Origin: an uncultured Actinomycetota bacterium | Lineage (GTDB): Bacteria; Actinomycetota; Actinomycetes; JAHEKZ01 | Reading direction: 5' to 3' | Length of the DNA: 64,000 bases | Assembly: GCA_963718235.1 (NCBI GenBank) | Contig: CAVQYR010000001.1 | Coordinates: 160,001-224,000, forward strand | Part shown: one piece after another, positions 53,852 to 63,107 of the stretch | Layout: each line of letters starts with the position of its first letter | Position numbering within the stretch: position 1 is the first letter of the stretch | The notes under the pieces: model-generated | What the model saw: only the letters and a program-made list of their open reading frames with translations | Told to the model about the DNA's origin: nothing | Databases searched by the model: none | Made by a program: the position numbers and the translations under genes

Positions 53852-55213
53852 TCAGCCGTACAGCTCGGAGATCGCCTTGGTGAACACCTCGGTGTGCAGG
53901 TCGACGTCGGCCTCGGTCGTGGTGGGGCACATCAGTGCCATGTTGTGGAACGGCGTCATCAGGATGCCGCGGTTCAACGTGTACAGGTGCATGTACTCGT
54001 CGAGGTCGTCGTCTCCGGCCGCAGCGGACTCGGTGCCGTTGCGCGGGGCCGGGCGGGCGAAGCGGTACTCGGCCCTGGCTCCGAGCTGGCTGATGGTCCA
54101 CGGGACGTCGTACCCGTCGAGAACGGCCCGCACCCCGTCGGTGAACCGCGTGGCCAGACCGACCATCTCGGTGAACGCCGCATCGGTCAGCACCTCCCCG
54201 AGGGTGGCCCGTGCGGCGGCCATCGACATCGCGTTACCGGCGAGGGTTCCGCCCACGCCGCCGACGTCGACCAGGTCGGCGTCCGGATGCGCCTCGATCC
54301 GGTCGGCCACGGCCGAGGTGATGCCGTAGGTGCCGATCGGGATTCCGCCGGCGATCGACTTGCCGATGACGAAGATGTCCGGCTGCAGCCCGAGCTGGCC
54401 AGTCATGCCCCCAGGACCGGCGCTGAAGGTGTGCGTCTCGTCGATGAGCAACAACGCCCCGTAGCGCGTGCAGAGCTCGCGCAGGCCCTCCAGGAAGCCC
54501 GGCTCAGGCAGGACGATGCCGATGTTGGTCAGGGCCGGTTCGGTGATGACGACGGCGACGTCACCGTGAGCCAGAGCACGCTCGACCGATCCAAGGTCGT
54601 TGAACTCCGCGACGCGGGTGGTGTTGGCCGGGTCGGTGGCCGGGCCGACGTTGCCTGGTCGGGCCATCGTCTGACCATCGGGACCGGACACGACGACGGT
54701 CTCGTCGACGCTGCCGTGGTAGCAGTAGGAGAACGCCAGCACCTTGGGCCTTCCGGTGGCCAGGCGGGCCAGGCGAAGCGCCCAGCGGTTGGCATCGGTC
54801 GCCGTGAGCGCGAACGACCACAGCGGAAGGCCGAACCGTCGGGTGAGCTCGGCGCCGACCCAGGCGGCGTCCTCGCTGGGCAGCATGGTCGTGATCCCGC
54901 CGAGGTCGCCGATCCGCTGCTGCACCGCAGCGACCGTGGCCTGCGGCGAGTGCCCGGCCATCGCCCCGGTGTCACCGAGGGCGAAGTCGACGTAGGTGTG
55001 ACCGTCGCGGTCGGTGACCCGGTTGCCGTGGGCACCGGCGAGATACAGCGGAAAGCCGCCGGACCACTTCACCATCCAGGTCATCGGCACACCACCGAAC
55101 AGGCTGGCCTTGGCCGACTCGAAGGCCGCGGCGCTGGTGGGGTTGGCCGCGCGGTAGGTCGCCCGCTCGCGGCCGATGAGCTGGGCGAGCCGGTCACGGT
55201 CGAGGGTGGCCAC
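53852..55213 (-). CDS. Class III aminotransferase (GSA-aminomutase-like)
   Basis: YVDFALGDTG, YHGSVD, EPALTN, IDETH, IGKSIAGG. Confidence 0.88.
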   Translation of the reverse strand: MATLDRDRLAQLIGRERATYRAANPTSAAAFESAKASLFGGVPMTWMVKWSGGFPLYLAGAHGNRVTDRDGHTYVDFALGDTGAMAGHSPQATVAAVQQRIGDLGGITTMLPSEDAAWVGAELTRRFGLPLWSFALTATDANRWALRLARLATGRPKVLAFSYCYHGSVDETVVVSGPDGQTMARPGNVGPATDPANTTRVAEFNDLGSVERALAHGDVAVVITEPALTNIGIVLPEPGFLEGLRELCTRYGALLLIDETHTFSAGPGGMTGQLGLQPDIFVIGKSIAGGIPIGTYGITSAVADRIEAHPDADLVDVGGVGGTLAGNAMSMAAARATLGEVLTDAAFTEMVGLATRFTDGVRAVLDGYDVPWTISQLGARAEYRFARPAPRNGTESAAAGDDDLDEYMHLYTLNRGILMTPFHNMALMCPTTTEADVDLHTEVFTKAISELYG

Positions 55214-55251
55214 GGGTCCTCCTGGGACGATCAGATCAGTGGAAGGGGCCG

Positions 55252-55281
55252 ACTCTAGCAACCGATTCGTAAGGCTGACAA
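55252..55281 (-). promoter_or_regulatory. Housekeeping-sigma promoter for the aminotransferase operon
   Basis: Minus strand TTGTCA-N18-TAGAGT. Confidence 0.55.
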
Positions 55282-55367
55282 TCCCTTGAAGAGTGGATCC
55301 GTCGTCACCGACGACACTGCCTCCGAATCGCTCCGAACCGCCTCGTCCTGTGCGAGGATCCCCGCCC

Positions 55368-55892
55368 GTGACCCCGTACCGCGTGCAGTTCGTCTGCCTG
55401 GGCAACATCTGTCGCTCACCGATGGCCGAGGCGGTGCTACGCCACCAGGCCACCCAGGCCGGCCTGGGCCGCACCCTCGCCGTCGACAGCGCGGGCACCG
55501 GTGGCTGGCACGTCGGCGACCCGGCCGACCGCAGGGCGCGGGCCGTCCTGCACGACCACGGCTACCCGCTGGACCACGCGGCCAAACGGTTCAGCCCGTC
55601 GATGTTCGCCGAGCGCGACCTCGTCGTCGCGCTGGACTCCGACAACCTGCGCGACCTGCGTCGGCTCGCCCCCGACAAGGCCACGAACCAGTCGATCCGG
55701 CTGCTCCGCGAGTTCGACCTCGACGCCGACTCACTGGACGTGCCGGACCCCTACTACGGCGGCCGCGAGAGCTTCACCGAGGTGCTGCACACCATCGAGG
55801 CGGCGTGCAGCGGACTCCTCGACCACGTGCGTGGCCTGGTCCCTTCGCGCGGAGCGCGCCGCCCGCCGCTTCCTCAGCGTCCGACCGGGTAG
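55368..55892 (+). CDS. Low-molecular-weight protein-tyrosine phosphatase
   Basis: P-loop VCLGNICRS, DSAGTGGWH, VPDPYYG. Confidence 0.93.
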   Translation: MTPYRVQFVCLGNICRSPMAEAVLRHQATQAGLGRTLAVDSAGTGGWHVGDPADRRARAVLHDHGYPLDHAAKRFSPSMFAERDLVVALDSDNLRDLRRLAPDKATNQSIRLLREFDLDADSLDVPDPYYGGRESFTEVLHTIEAACSGLLDHVRGLVPSRGARRPPLPQRPTG

Positions 55893-57889
55893 GAGCGGAA
55901 CGGTCCACTGCTCAGGTCGTCTGGCCCGAGAATGCGCAGGCGCAACCGGTCGCTGCCGGCGGGCCGCCAAGCCACCACATGGAAGGTCCGGCGACTGGTC
56001 AGCCGCGTGGTCACCTCGCCGACGGTGCGGCCGTAGTCGATCCGAACCGTGACCTGGCGTCCGGCGCAGCCTCGTGCACCACACGTCCGGTGCGACCAGA
56101 TCGGGGAGATGCCACCGGACACCTCGACCGCCCGCCGGCCCGCGGAGAGGACGTCGTGCACATGCATCCCGAACCGGGCCGGGAGCAGGTGCTCGGCCCA
56201 GGTGATCCGGGCGAAGGCACCCCAACCCGGATTGCGTGCGACCGTCGCCACCCCGACCTCGGCATCGTGCCAACGGGCCTCGGTCGGCAGTTTCACCCGG
56301 GCGTGCGTCGGGAACGCCGTCGCCTCACCGACCCGGATCCGCCGGGTGACCCAGCTCCCGTCGTCCAGGAACACGGCGACCTCGAGCCGGTCGACGACGT
56401 CACGTCGCTTGGCCGGAGGGTCCCAACGAACGGCCACGGTGTCGCCATGGCGCTGCGCGCGGACCGCGCGCACGGCGGGCGGTCGTTGCGGCACTGGCTC
56501 GGAGTCCACCGAGGACAGCGCCGTGGGGAACGACGACACATCGCCCACCGACGTGTGCGCCGTGACCTGGGCCCAGGCGTCCTTGGCCATGGGCACCTGC
56601 AGCCGGACCGCCAGCGGACCGACCTCGTGGGTCGTGGTCCCCTGACTGTCGTAGATGCTGACGGTGTAGCCACTCACCGCGTGGGCATCCGGCGTCGACC
56701 ACGAGACCACGCCGTCATCCGCCGAGCCGGCGGCTGCGGTGCGCAGCGCCTTCAGCGCCTCCACGGCGTACGACGACAGGTAGTCCTGCGGCTTCGCCGC
56801 GGCCGTGCTGACGCCGAGGGCAGCTGCCGCGTCGACGAGCCCGAAGCCGGTGTCGGCGTCTCGACCCGGCGCGCCGAGGTCCTGGGCGGTCGACGTCAGT
56901 GCAGCCAGGACGTCCGCCGCGTCGTACCCGGGGTGGTCGCTCTTGACCAGCGCCGCGACCCCGGCCACGACAGGCGCCGCCATGGACGTACCAGACTCCT
57001 CCAGGTGGCCGGCCCGTGACTGGTCGGCAACGGTCGAGTCGACCGACAGGACCTGGAACCCCGGCGCCGACAGCGAGACGGTCGGGTCGAAGCTGGAGAA
57101 GAACGCCTGCCCGAGGTCGGGCGTGACCGCGGCGACACTGATCGCTCCCGGGCAGGACGCAGGCGCGTTGGCCAGGTTGAAGTCGAACCCGCCATTGCCC
57201 GCCGCCGCCACCACGACGACGCCAGCGTCGGTGGCGTCGGCTACTGCGTCACAGGTGCGGGCCAAGGCGGCTCGGTACTCCGCGGTCCTCGGCGTGTCGG
57301 CGATGTGGCTGGCGATCGTGCCCAGCGAGAGGTTCATGGCGTCGGCCCCGTGGTCGACGGCGAAGGTGACCGCCCCGGTCACCGCATCGAGGAACTGGAT
57401 CTCGGTCATCATCTGCGAGCGCCGGGTCAGCAGCTGGACCGGCAGCACCGCGGCGTCGGGGGCGATACCGGTGATCCCGTTGCCGTCGGCGTCGCCGGCC
57501 ACGATCCCCGCGACGTGCGAGCCGTGCCCGTACCAGTCGTTGCTGGTCCGCTCGATCGTTGCGTCGACGATGCTCACCGTGCCGTCGTCGGCCAGGGACA
57601 CCACGCCACCGGCCACGACCTGGCCCTGCAGGTCGGGGTGGGTCGCGTCGACCCCGGTGTCGATGACGGCCACCGTCGTCCCCGCGCCCGTCGACACCGA
57701 CCAGGCCTCGGGGGCGTTCACGGCGTCCAGCATCCACTGGTAGTCGGTCAGGTCACCGTCGATCACGGGCTGGACGGAGGGGGGGATCGGCGGTGGCTCG
57801 GACGCACCGGCAAGGCCCGGGAGCGTGGCAGTCAGGAGCGCGGACGTGGACAGCACGACCACGTTACGAACGAGCCAGGAGCGCCTCAT
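55874..57889 (-). CDS. Secreted S8 (subtilisin-like) serine peptidase with C-terminal beta domains
   Basis: Signal peptide; triad VAVIDTG, HGSHVAG, GTSMAAP. Confidence 0.9.
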   Translation of the reverse strand: MRRSWLVRNVVVLSTSALLTATLPGLAGASEPPPIPPSVQPVIDGDLTDYQWMLDAVNAPEAWSVSTGAGTTVAVIDTGVDATHPDLQGQVVAGGVVSLADDGTVSIVDATIERTSNDWYGHGSHVAGIVAGDADGNGITGIAPDAAVLPVQLLTRRSQMMTEIQFLDAVTGAVTFAVDHGADAMNLSLGTIASHIADTPRTAEYRAALARTCDAVADATDAGVVVVAAAGNGGFDFNLANAPASCPGAISVAAVTPDLGQAFFSSFDPTVSLSAPGFQVLSVDSTVADQSRAGHLEESGTSMAAPVVAGVAALVKSDHPGYDAADVLAALTSTAQDLGAPGRDADTGFGLVDAAAALGVSTAAAKPQDYLSSYAVEALKALRTAAAGSADDGVVSWSTPDAHAVSGYTVSIYDSQGTTTHEVGPLAVRLQVPMAKDAWAQVTAHTSVGDVSSFPTALSSVDSEPVPQRPPAVRAVRAQRHGDTVAVRWDPPAKRRDVVDRLEVAVFLDDGSWVTRRIRVGEATAFPTHARVKLPTEARWHDAEVGVATVARNPGWGAFARITWAEHLLPARFGMHVHDVLSAGRRAVEVSGGISPIWSHRTCGARGCAGRQVTVRIDYGRTVGEVTTRLTSRRTFHVVAWRPAGSDRLRLRILGPDDLSSGPFRSYPVGR

Positions 57890-57995
57890 GGCTTCCCCCT
57901 GTGCTGAGCTCCCGGCGGGTCCGGGGCTGCGCACGCTACGGCGGGAGCGCAGTGTGCGGTAGGGCCCTTGGTCAGCCGAGGCGGGATCGAGACCG

Positions 57996-58033
57996 GAAAA
58001 TGACTCGCGCTGCCAACCACACGTCACTACCGT
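57996..58033 (+). promoter_or_regulatory. Candidate WhiB7/WblC-dependent promoter
   Basis: GAAAAT-N3-TCGCGC-N17-TACCGT. Confidence 0.45.
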
Positions 58034-58081
58034 CGATCCGGAACGCACCTGGCGCACGTCGGATCGAGGAGGTGGTCGGCC

Positions 58082-58144
58082 ATGACGGACCCGTTGGCCC
58101 AACCCGTCGCTTCCACCCTCGCGTGCACGGTCGCCTGCCTCTGA
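58082..58144 (+). CDS. Putative 20-aa leader peptide (MTDPLAQPVASTLACTVACL) upstream of rsgA
   Basis: Strong SD GAGGAGGT (58066-58073) 8 nt before the ATG. Confidence 0.5.
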   Translation: MTDPLAQPVASTLACTVACL

Positions 58145-58178
58145 GCGAGCGTCACGCGGTGTCTCCCCAAGGACTCTC

Positions 58179-59246
58179 GTGCCGATCGATGACCTCGCAC
58201 CTTCCGTCCCCACTCCCGAGCACGCACCCAAGAGCGCGCCCCAGAGCGCGCTGACCGGACGTCTGGCCCGCGTCGACCGCGGCGCCGTCGACGTCCTGCT
58301 GGACCCCGCGGCCGCCCGCGTGCGCGCGGATCTCGGCCACACGGTGCTGTCCGACGCCGCCTCCGACGCGTCGCTGCAGCCGGTCGTCGGTGACGAGGTG
58401 CTGCTGCGGCGACTCGACGACCACCGGCTGCTCGTCGACTCGCTTCGACCGCGGCGTACGGCGATCACCCGCGCGTCGGTGTCTCCCGGCAGCTCCCAAC
58501 GTCAGGTCCTGGCCGCCAACGTGGACCTCGTGGCTGTGGTCGAACCCGTGGATGCGGCCCCCAAACCGGGCCGGATCGAGCGCCTGCTCGCCCTCGCCTG
58601 GGAGTCCGGGGCCCAGCCCCTCGTCGTCTTGACCAAGTGCGATCTCACCCCCGACCTCGACGCGGTCGTGCAGGTGGCGGTCGAGAACGCACCCGGCGTC
58701 GACGTCATCACCTGCAGCGCGAACTGGGACGACGGCGTCACCGCGCTGCGGGCCCGGCTCACCGACTCCTGCACCATCGCGTTCATCGGGGCCTCCGGTG
58801 CGGGCAAGTCGACGCTGGTCAACCTCCTGGCCGGCGACACCGTGATGGAGACCGCCGAGGTGCGCAGCGACCACCGCGGCCGTCACACCACGGTGCACCG
58901 CGAGCTCATCGTGCTGCCGGGGGGTGCCATGGTGATCGACACTCCTGGGCTGCGCAGCGTCGGCCTCGCGAGCACCGAGGCCCTTGACCAGGTTTTCGCC
59001 GACCTGGAGGAGCTCGCCACCGCCTGTCGGTTCTCCGACTGCGCCCACGCGACCGAACCGGGCTGTGCGGTGCTGTCGGCGATCGAGACCGGCGTCATCG
59101 ACGAGCGACGGCTCACCTCCTGGCGCAAGCTGCAGCGCGAGGCCGCCTGGTTGGAACGCCGCGCCGACGCCCGCCTGCAGGCCGCCGAGCGGGCCAAATG
59201 GCGGGCCCGCTCCCGCGAGCTGCGCGCCCGGAACCTGCGCCCCTAG
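58179..59246 (+). CDS. rsgA: Ribosome small subunit-dependent GTPase A
   Basis: AANVD, TKCD, GASGAGKSTLVN, GRHTT, DTPG, Zn site CRFSDCAH..EPGC. Confidence 0.93.
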   Translation: MPIDDLAPSVPTPEHAPKSAPQSALTGRLARVDRGAVDVLLDPAAARVRADLGHTVLSDAASDASLQPVVGDEVLLRRLDDHRLLVDSLRPRRTAITRASVSPGSSQRQVLAANVDLVAVVEPVDAAPKPGRIERLLALAWESGAQPLVVLTKCDLTPDLDAVVQVAVENAPGVDVITCSANWDDGVTALRARLTDSCTIAFIGASGAGKSTLVNLLAGDTVMETAEVRSDHRGRHTTVHRELIVLPGGAMVIDTPGLRSVGLASTEALDQVFADLEELATACRFSDCAHATEPGCAVLSAIETGVIDERRLTSWRKLQREAAWLERRADARLQAAERAKWRARSRELRARNLRP

Positions 59247-59268
59247 CCCTGCAAGCCCCTACCCCCAT

Positions 59269-59330
59269 GTTGATCATGGACATGATCTGACAGTTCAACC
59301 CGTTTGGGCAGCATCTTGTGCATGATCAAC
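59269..59330. repeat. 62-bp palindromic repeat, family A copy 3
   Basis: GTTGATCATGGA...TGCATGATCAAC, 53/62 identical to copy 1; lies between convergent rsgA and dnaB. Confidence 0.9.
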
Positions 59331-59360
59331 ATGTGAGAGGGGGCAGCGGAAGCGGAGCGC

Positions 59361-60743
59361 TCAGCTGTTGGCCATGTCGACGAAGCGCGAGTAGTGGCCC
59401 TGGAAGGCCACCGTCACGGTTGCGGTCGGGCCGTTGCGGTGCTTGGCGATGATGAAGTCGGCCTCGCCGGCCCGTGGTGACTCGCGTTCGTAGGCGTCCT
59501 CGCGGTGCAGCAGCATGACGACGTCGGAGTCCTGCTCGATCGAGCCGGACTCACGAAGGTCGGAGAGCATCGGGCGTTTGTCGGTGCGCTGCTCGGGACC
59601 TCGGTTGAGCTGGCTCAGCGCCACCACCGGAACGCCGAGCTCCTTGGCCAGCAGCTTCAGCGACCGCGAGAACTCCGCCACCTCCTGCTGGCGACTCTCG
59701 ACCCGCTTGCCGCTGCTCATCAGCTGCAGGTAGTCGACGACGATGAGCTTGAGGTCGTGGCGCTGTTTGAGCCGTCGGCACTTGGCCCTGATCTCCATCA
59801 TGTTCATGTTCGGCGAGTCGTCGATGAACAGCGGCGCGCTGGCCACCTCACTCATCTTGCGGGCCAACCGGGTCCAGTCGTCGTCGCTCATCGAACCGGT
59901 GCGCATGTGGTGCAGCGCCACTCGTGCCTCGGCCGAGAGCAACCGCATGGTGATCTCGTTGCGGGTCATCTCCAGGCTGAAGATGACGCTGGTGAGACCG
60001 TGTTTGATCGACGCGGCCCGGGCGAAGTCGAGCGCGACGGTCGACTTGCCGAGACCGGGCCGCGCCGCGACGACGACGAGCTGCCCCGGGTGCAGCCCGT
60101 TGGTGAGGTTGTCCAGGTCGGTGAACCCGGTGGGGACGCCGGCCAGCGTCCCGCCCCGCGAGCCGATCGCCTCCAGCTCGTCGAGGGTGCCCTCCATGAT
60201 CTCGGCCAGCGGCAGGTAGTCCTCGCTGGTCCGTCGCTCGGTGACGTGGTAGATCTCCGCCTGCGCGCGGTCGACGGCGTCGTCGACCTCACCGGTGTCG
60301 GAGTAGCCGAGCTGCACGATCCGGGTGCCGGCCTCGACCAGGCGGCGGGAGATGGCCCGCTCGCCGACGATCCGGGCGTAGTACCCCGCGTTGGCCGCGG
60401 TGGGCACCGACGCGATCAGGGTGTGCAGGTAGGGAGCACCGCCGATCCGGGCGAGCTCACCGCGTTTGGTCAGCTCGGCGGCGACCGTGACCGGGTCGGC
60501 CGGCTCGCCGCGGCCGTAGAGGTCGAGCACCGCCTCGTAGACGGTCTGGTGCGCCGGCTTGTAGAAGTCGGTGCCGCGCAGCTGCTCGACGACGTCGGCG
60601 ATCGCGTCCTTGCTGAGCAGCATCCCGCCCAGCACGCCCTGCTCGGCCTCGAGGTCCTGCGGCGGGGTGCGGTCGAAGGAGGGAGTCGGTGGGCCGCCGT
60701 AGCCGACGTCGTCGGCCGGGGTCTGGAACTGCGCGACGGTCAC
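59361..60743 (-). CDS. dnaB: Replicative DNA helicase (no intein)
   Basis: PPQDLEAEQ, AARPGLGKS, FSLEM, DYLQL, DLRESGSIEQD, AKHRNG. Confidence 0.97.
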   Translation of the reverse strand: MTVAQFQTPADDVGYGGPPTPSFDRTPPQDLEAEQGVLGGMLLSKDAIADVVEQLRGTDFYKPAHQTVYEAVLDLYGRGEPADPVTVAAELTKRGELARIGGAPYLHTLIASVPTAANAGYYARIVGERAISRRLVEAGTRIVQLGYSDTGEVDDAVDRAQAEIYHVTERRTSEDYLPLAEIMEGTLDELEAIGSRGGTLAGVPTGFTDLDNLTNGLHPGQLVVVAARPGLGKSTVALDFARAASIKHGLTSVIFSLEMTRNEITMRLLSAEARVALHHMRTGSMSDDDWTRLARKMSEVASAPLFIDDSPNMNMMEIRAKCRRLKQRHDLKLIVVDYLQLMSSGKRVESRQQEVAEFSRSLKLLAKELGVPVVALSQLNRGPEQRTDKRPMLSDLRESGSIEQDSDVVMLLHREDAYERESPRAGEADFIIAKHRNGPTATVTVAFQGHYSRFVDMANS

Positions 60744-60776
60744 CGGGCTCCTGTTCGGTCGGGGGTTCGGGACCCA

Positions 60777-60798
60777 TCTCTACCGGTCGGGTCCGACA
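60777..60798 (-). promoter_or_regulatory. RecA-NDp/PafBC-type DNA-damage promoter of dnaB
   Basis: Minus strand TGTCGG-N10-TAGAGA (consensus TGTCGG-N10-TANNNT; last base differs). Confidence 0.55.
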
Positions 60799-60811
60799 GA
60801 ACCAAGTAGCC

Positions 60812-60953
60812 CTGGGGACGCCGCTGGGGACGACGTGGGGAACACGCCGGTTCACCCGTGCGTAACCTTCGGGACAAGCGTGTGGATATCCACAGAGCGT
60901 CCGCTCCGCACCCCCTCCGACCTGGGGCGATGCCCGGCGCGGGCTGTGGACGC
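60812..60953. promoter_or_regulatory. Cluster of DnaA-box-like motifs upstream of dnaB
   Basis: Perfect palindrome TGTGGATATCCACA (60881-60894), TGTGGACGC (60945), three TGGGGA(C/A) repeats at 11-12 bp spacing (60812-60843). Confidence 0.55.
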
Positions 60954-61002
60954 GAGGGAACCGTCCGCTGTCTCAGCCAGTGGGACGATCGGCCGGGCCG
61001 GC

Positions 61003-61764
61003 TCACCGTCGGGCGGCGCGGGCCTCGTGGATCCGGGCCGCCCGGACCCGGTCGGCCAGCCGGTCGTCCAGCCCACTGAGCAGCCCACTGTGCCGCCCAC
61101 TCTGCAGAGGGGTGACGTCGACGCCGACCAGGCCCAGCAGCAGGTCGGCCAGGGCCGGGTTGCGCGGCAGCACCGGACCGTGCAACCAGGTCCCGACGAC
61201 CCGCCCGCTCACCGCACCGTCGTGGTGACCGTCCGCGCCGGGCCCGTTGCCGACCCCGACCTCCAGGGCGGCGAGGGCCGAGGCCTGCGGCCCCAGCAGC
61301 GCGTCGTTGACGTGGTACTCGTAACCGGACAGGGCCGGCAGCCCCCAGGTCGGGTTCGGCTCGGTCACCACCGAACCCGCGGCCCAGGAAGACCGGGTCA
61401 TCTCCACGTCGAGCAGCCCCACGCCCTCGTGAGCCCGGCCGTCAAGGTCGTCGAAACGGGCTGCCAGCACCTCGAACCCGGCGCCGACGCCGAGCACCGC
61501 CGCGCCGGCGGACACCGCGCGCGTCAGCTCACCTCCGTCGCGCAGCCGGCGGGCACACTCGGGCACGTCGACGTCCTCGGAGCCACCGAGCAGGTACAGC
61601 GACGCGTCGTCCGGCACGGCATCGCCGGGGTGCACCACCAGCAGGTCGACCGCGACACCACGCGCGCGGGCGCGGTGGGCGAGCACGACGGCGTTGCCGT
61701 GGTCGCCCTCGGGCTGCATCAGGGACGGGAACAGCTCCACGACGGTGAGCCGCGCCACGGTCAC
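61003..61764 (-). CDS. gatD: GatD/CobQ-like glutamine amidotransferase subunit lacking the catalytic Cys
   Basis: GD.GNAVVL, LGGSED, TWLHGPVLPRNP; nucleophile site reads GVGAGFEVL. Confidence 0.8.
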   Translation of the reverse strand: MTVARLTVVELFPSLMQPEGDHGNAVVLAHRARARGVAVDLLVVHPGDAVPDDASLYLLGGSEDVDVPECARRLRDGGELTRAVSAGAAVLGVGAGFEVLAARFDDLDGRAHEGVGLLDVEMTRSSWAAGSVVTEPNPTWGLPALSGYEYHVNDALLGPQASALAALEVGVGNGPGADGHHDGAVSGRVVGTWLHGPVLPRNPALADLLLGLVGVDVTPLQSGRHSGLLSGLDDRLADRVRAARIHEARAARR

Positions 61765-63059
61765 GTCGACCGCTCGACGTCGTCGCGACCGAGCACGTCG
61801 AGGACAGCGTTGAAGGCCGGCCAGTTGCCGATCAGGTCGACGTCGCCCGGTGGGAAGGCGCGCAACGCCGTGACGATGTCCTCACCGGCGTTCTCGACGT
61901 CGACCCCCGCGACGGTCAGCCGCAGCTCGAGCTCGGCACCACGGGACCCGACCGCCGTGACCGAGCGACCCGCCAGCCGCTCGAACGGCGCGTCCCACAG
62001 CATCGCGGTGTCCTGGCCGCCACCGCTGCCCCGTCCGTGCATCGCGAGGACCAGGGCCCGCTCCGCGGAGCCAGGGGCGCTCACCGTGGCGAGCGACTCG
62101 GTCCAGCTGGAGGGGTTCTTGGCCAGCAGGACACGCACGGACTTGTCGCCGAAAGGTCGAGGGGCGTAGCGCCCGTCGACGTTCTCGACCTCGGCGACCG
62201 CCGCAGCCGCGACGCCCGCGGGCACGCCCAGCTCGACCGCTGCGGCGAGGGCGAAGAGGGCGTTGACCGCGGCCGCGTGCCCGGGCAGGGCAGCGGGCAG
62301 GGCGACCTCGGTGTCGGGGCCGATCGCGGTCAGCACGCCGTCGACGTGGGCGAGGCGCCACTGCGGCACCGGTCGGGCGAACCCGCAGACCGGGCACGAC
62401 CATGAGCCTTCGGCGCGAGTCAGGTGGACGAGGCAGGTACGGCACAGCTGCGCGTCGTCGACGAAGGTGTCCTCGCCGGCCACCCAGACCACCTCGGGGG
62501 CGGCCGAGACCGCCCAGGCCACCAGAGGGTCGTCGCAGTCGGCCACGACGGTGCACGGCCAGTCGATGCCGGCCAGGGTGGTCCGCCAGTGCTGGGCGAG
62601 CCGCTTGGCCCGCACCCCCCGCTCGAGGAAGTCGCGGCTGAGGTTCATCAGCACGACCACCCGAGGTCGGGTCGCCTCCACCACGACGCCCAGGTAGGCC
62701 TCGTCGGTCTCGAGAACCGCGTACCCAGCCGCGCGGTCGGCGTCGAGCGCGACGACCAGGCCCTCCTCCATGTTGGCGCCCGTGCGGTTGAACGCCGTCG
62801 GCCCGAGCGTGCGGACGGCGGCAGCGAGCAGGGTCGAGGTCGTGCTCTTGCCGTTGGTGGCCGAGACCAGCGCCACCGTGCGGTGGGCGGCCAGGTCGCG
62901 CAGGGTGCGCGGGCGCAGCCGGTAGGCGACCTTGCCTCCGACCTGGGCCCCGCGACCGCGCCCCAGGCGTCGACTCAGGCCCGAGGCGGCGCGCCCCGCC
63001 GCCAGCGCCGCCCGGCTGGCCACCGGGAGTCGCCCGGGCGACGGCTGGTGGTCAGGCAT
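61761..63059 (-). CDS. murT: MurT-like Mur ligase (DUF1727)
   Basis: TNGKSTT, GANM..G, ETDE, NLSRD, CxxC..CxxC, LAKNP, LWD..F. Confidence 0.85.
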   Translation of the reverse strand: MPDHQPSPGRLPVASRAALAAGRAASGLSRRLGRGRGAQVGGKVAYRLRPRTLRDLAAHRTVALVSATNGKSTTSTLLAAAVRTLGPTAFNRTGANMEEGLVVALDADRAAGYAVLETDEAYLGVVVEATRPRVVVLMNLSRDFLERGVRAKRLAQHWRTTLAGIDWPCTVVADCDDPLVAWAVSAAPEVVWVAGEDTFVDDAQLCRTCLVHLTRAEGSWSCPVCGFARPVPQWRLAHVDGVLTAIGPDTEVALPAALPGHAAAVNALFALAAAVELGVPAGVAAAAVAEVENVDGRYAPRPFGDKSVRVLLAKNPSSWTESLATVSAPGSAERALVLAMHGRGSGGGQDTAMLWDAPFERLAGRSVTAVGSRGAELELRLTVAGVDVENAGEDIVTALRAFPPGDVDLIGNWPAFNAVLDVLGRDDVERST

Positions 63060-63107
63060 CGCCGGCCAGTCTAGGTCGTTCGGGCGCTCCCGACTGTCCC
63101 CAGGGGG

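Noticed and set aside
59361-60743. Intein in dnaB
   Set aside because: The protein is 460 aa with contiguous helicase motifs and no insertion.
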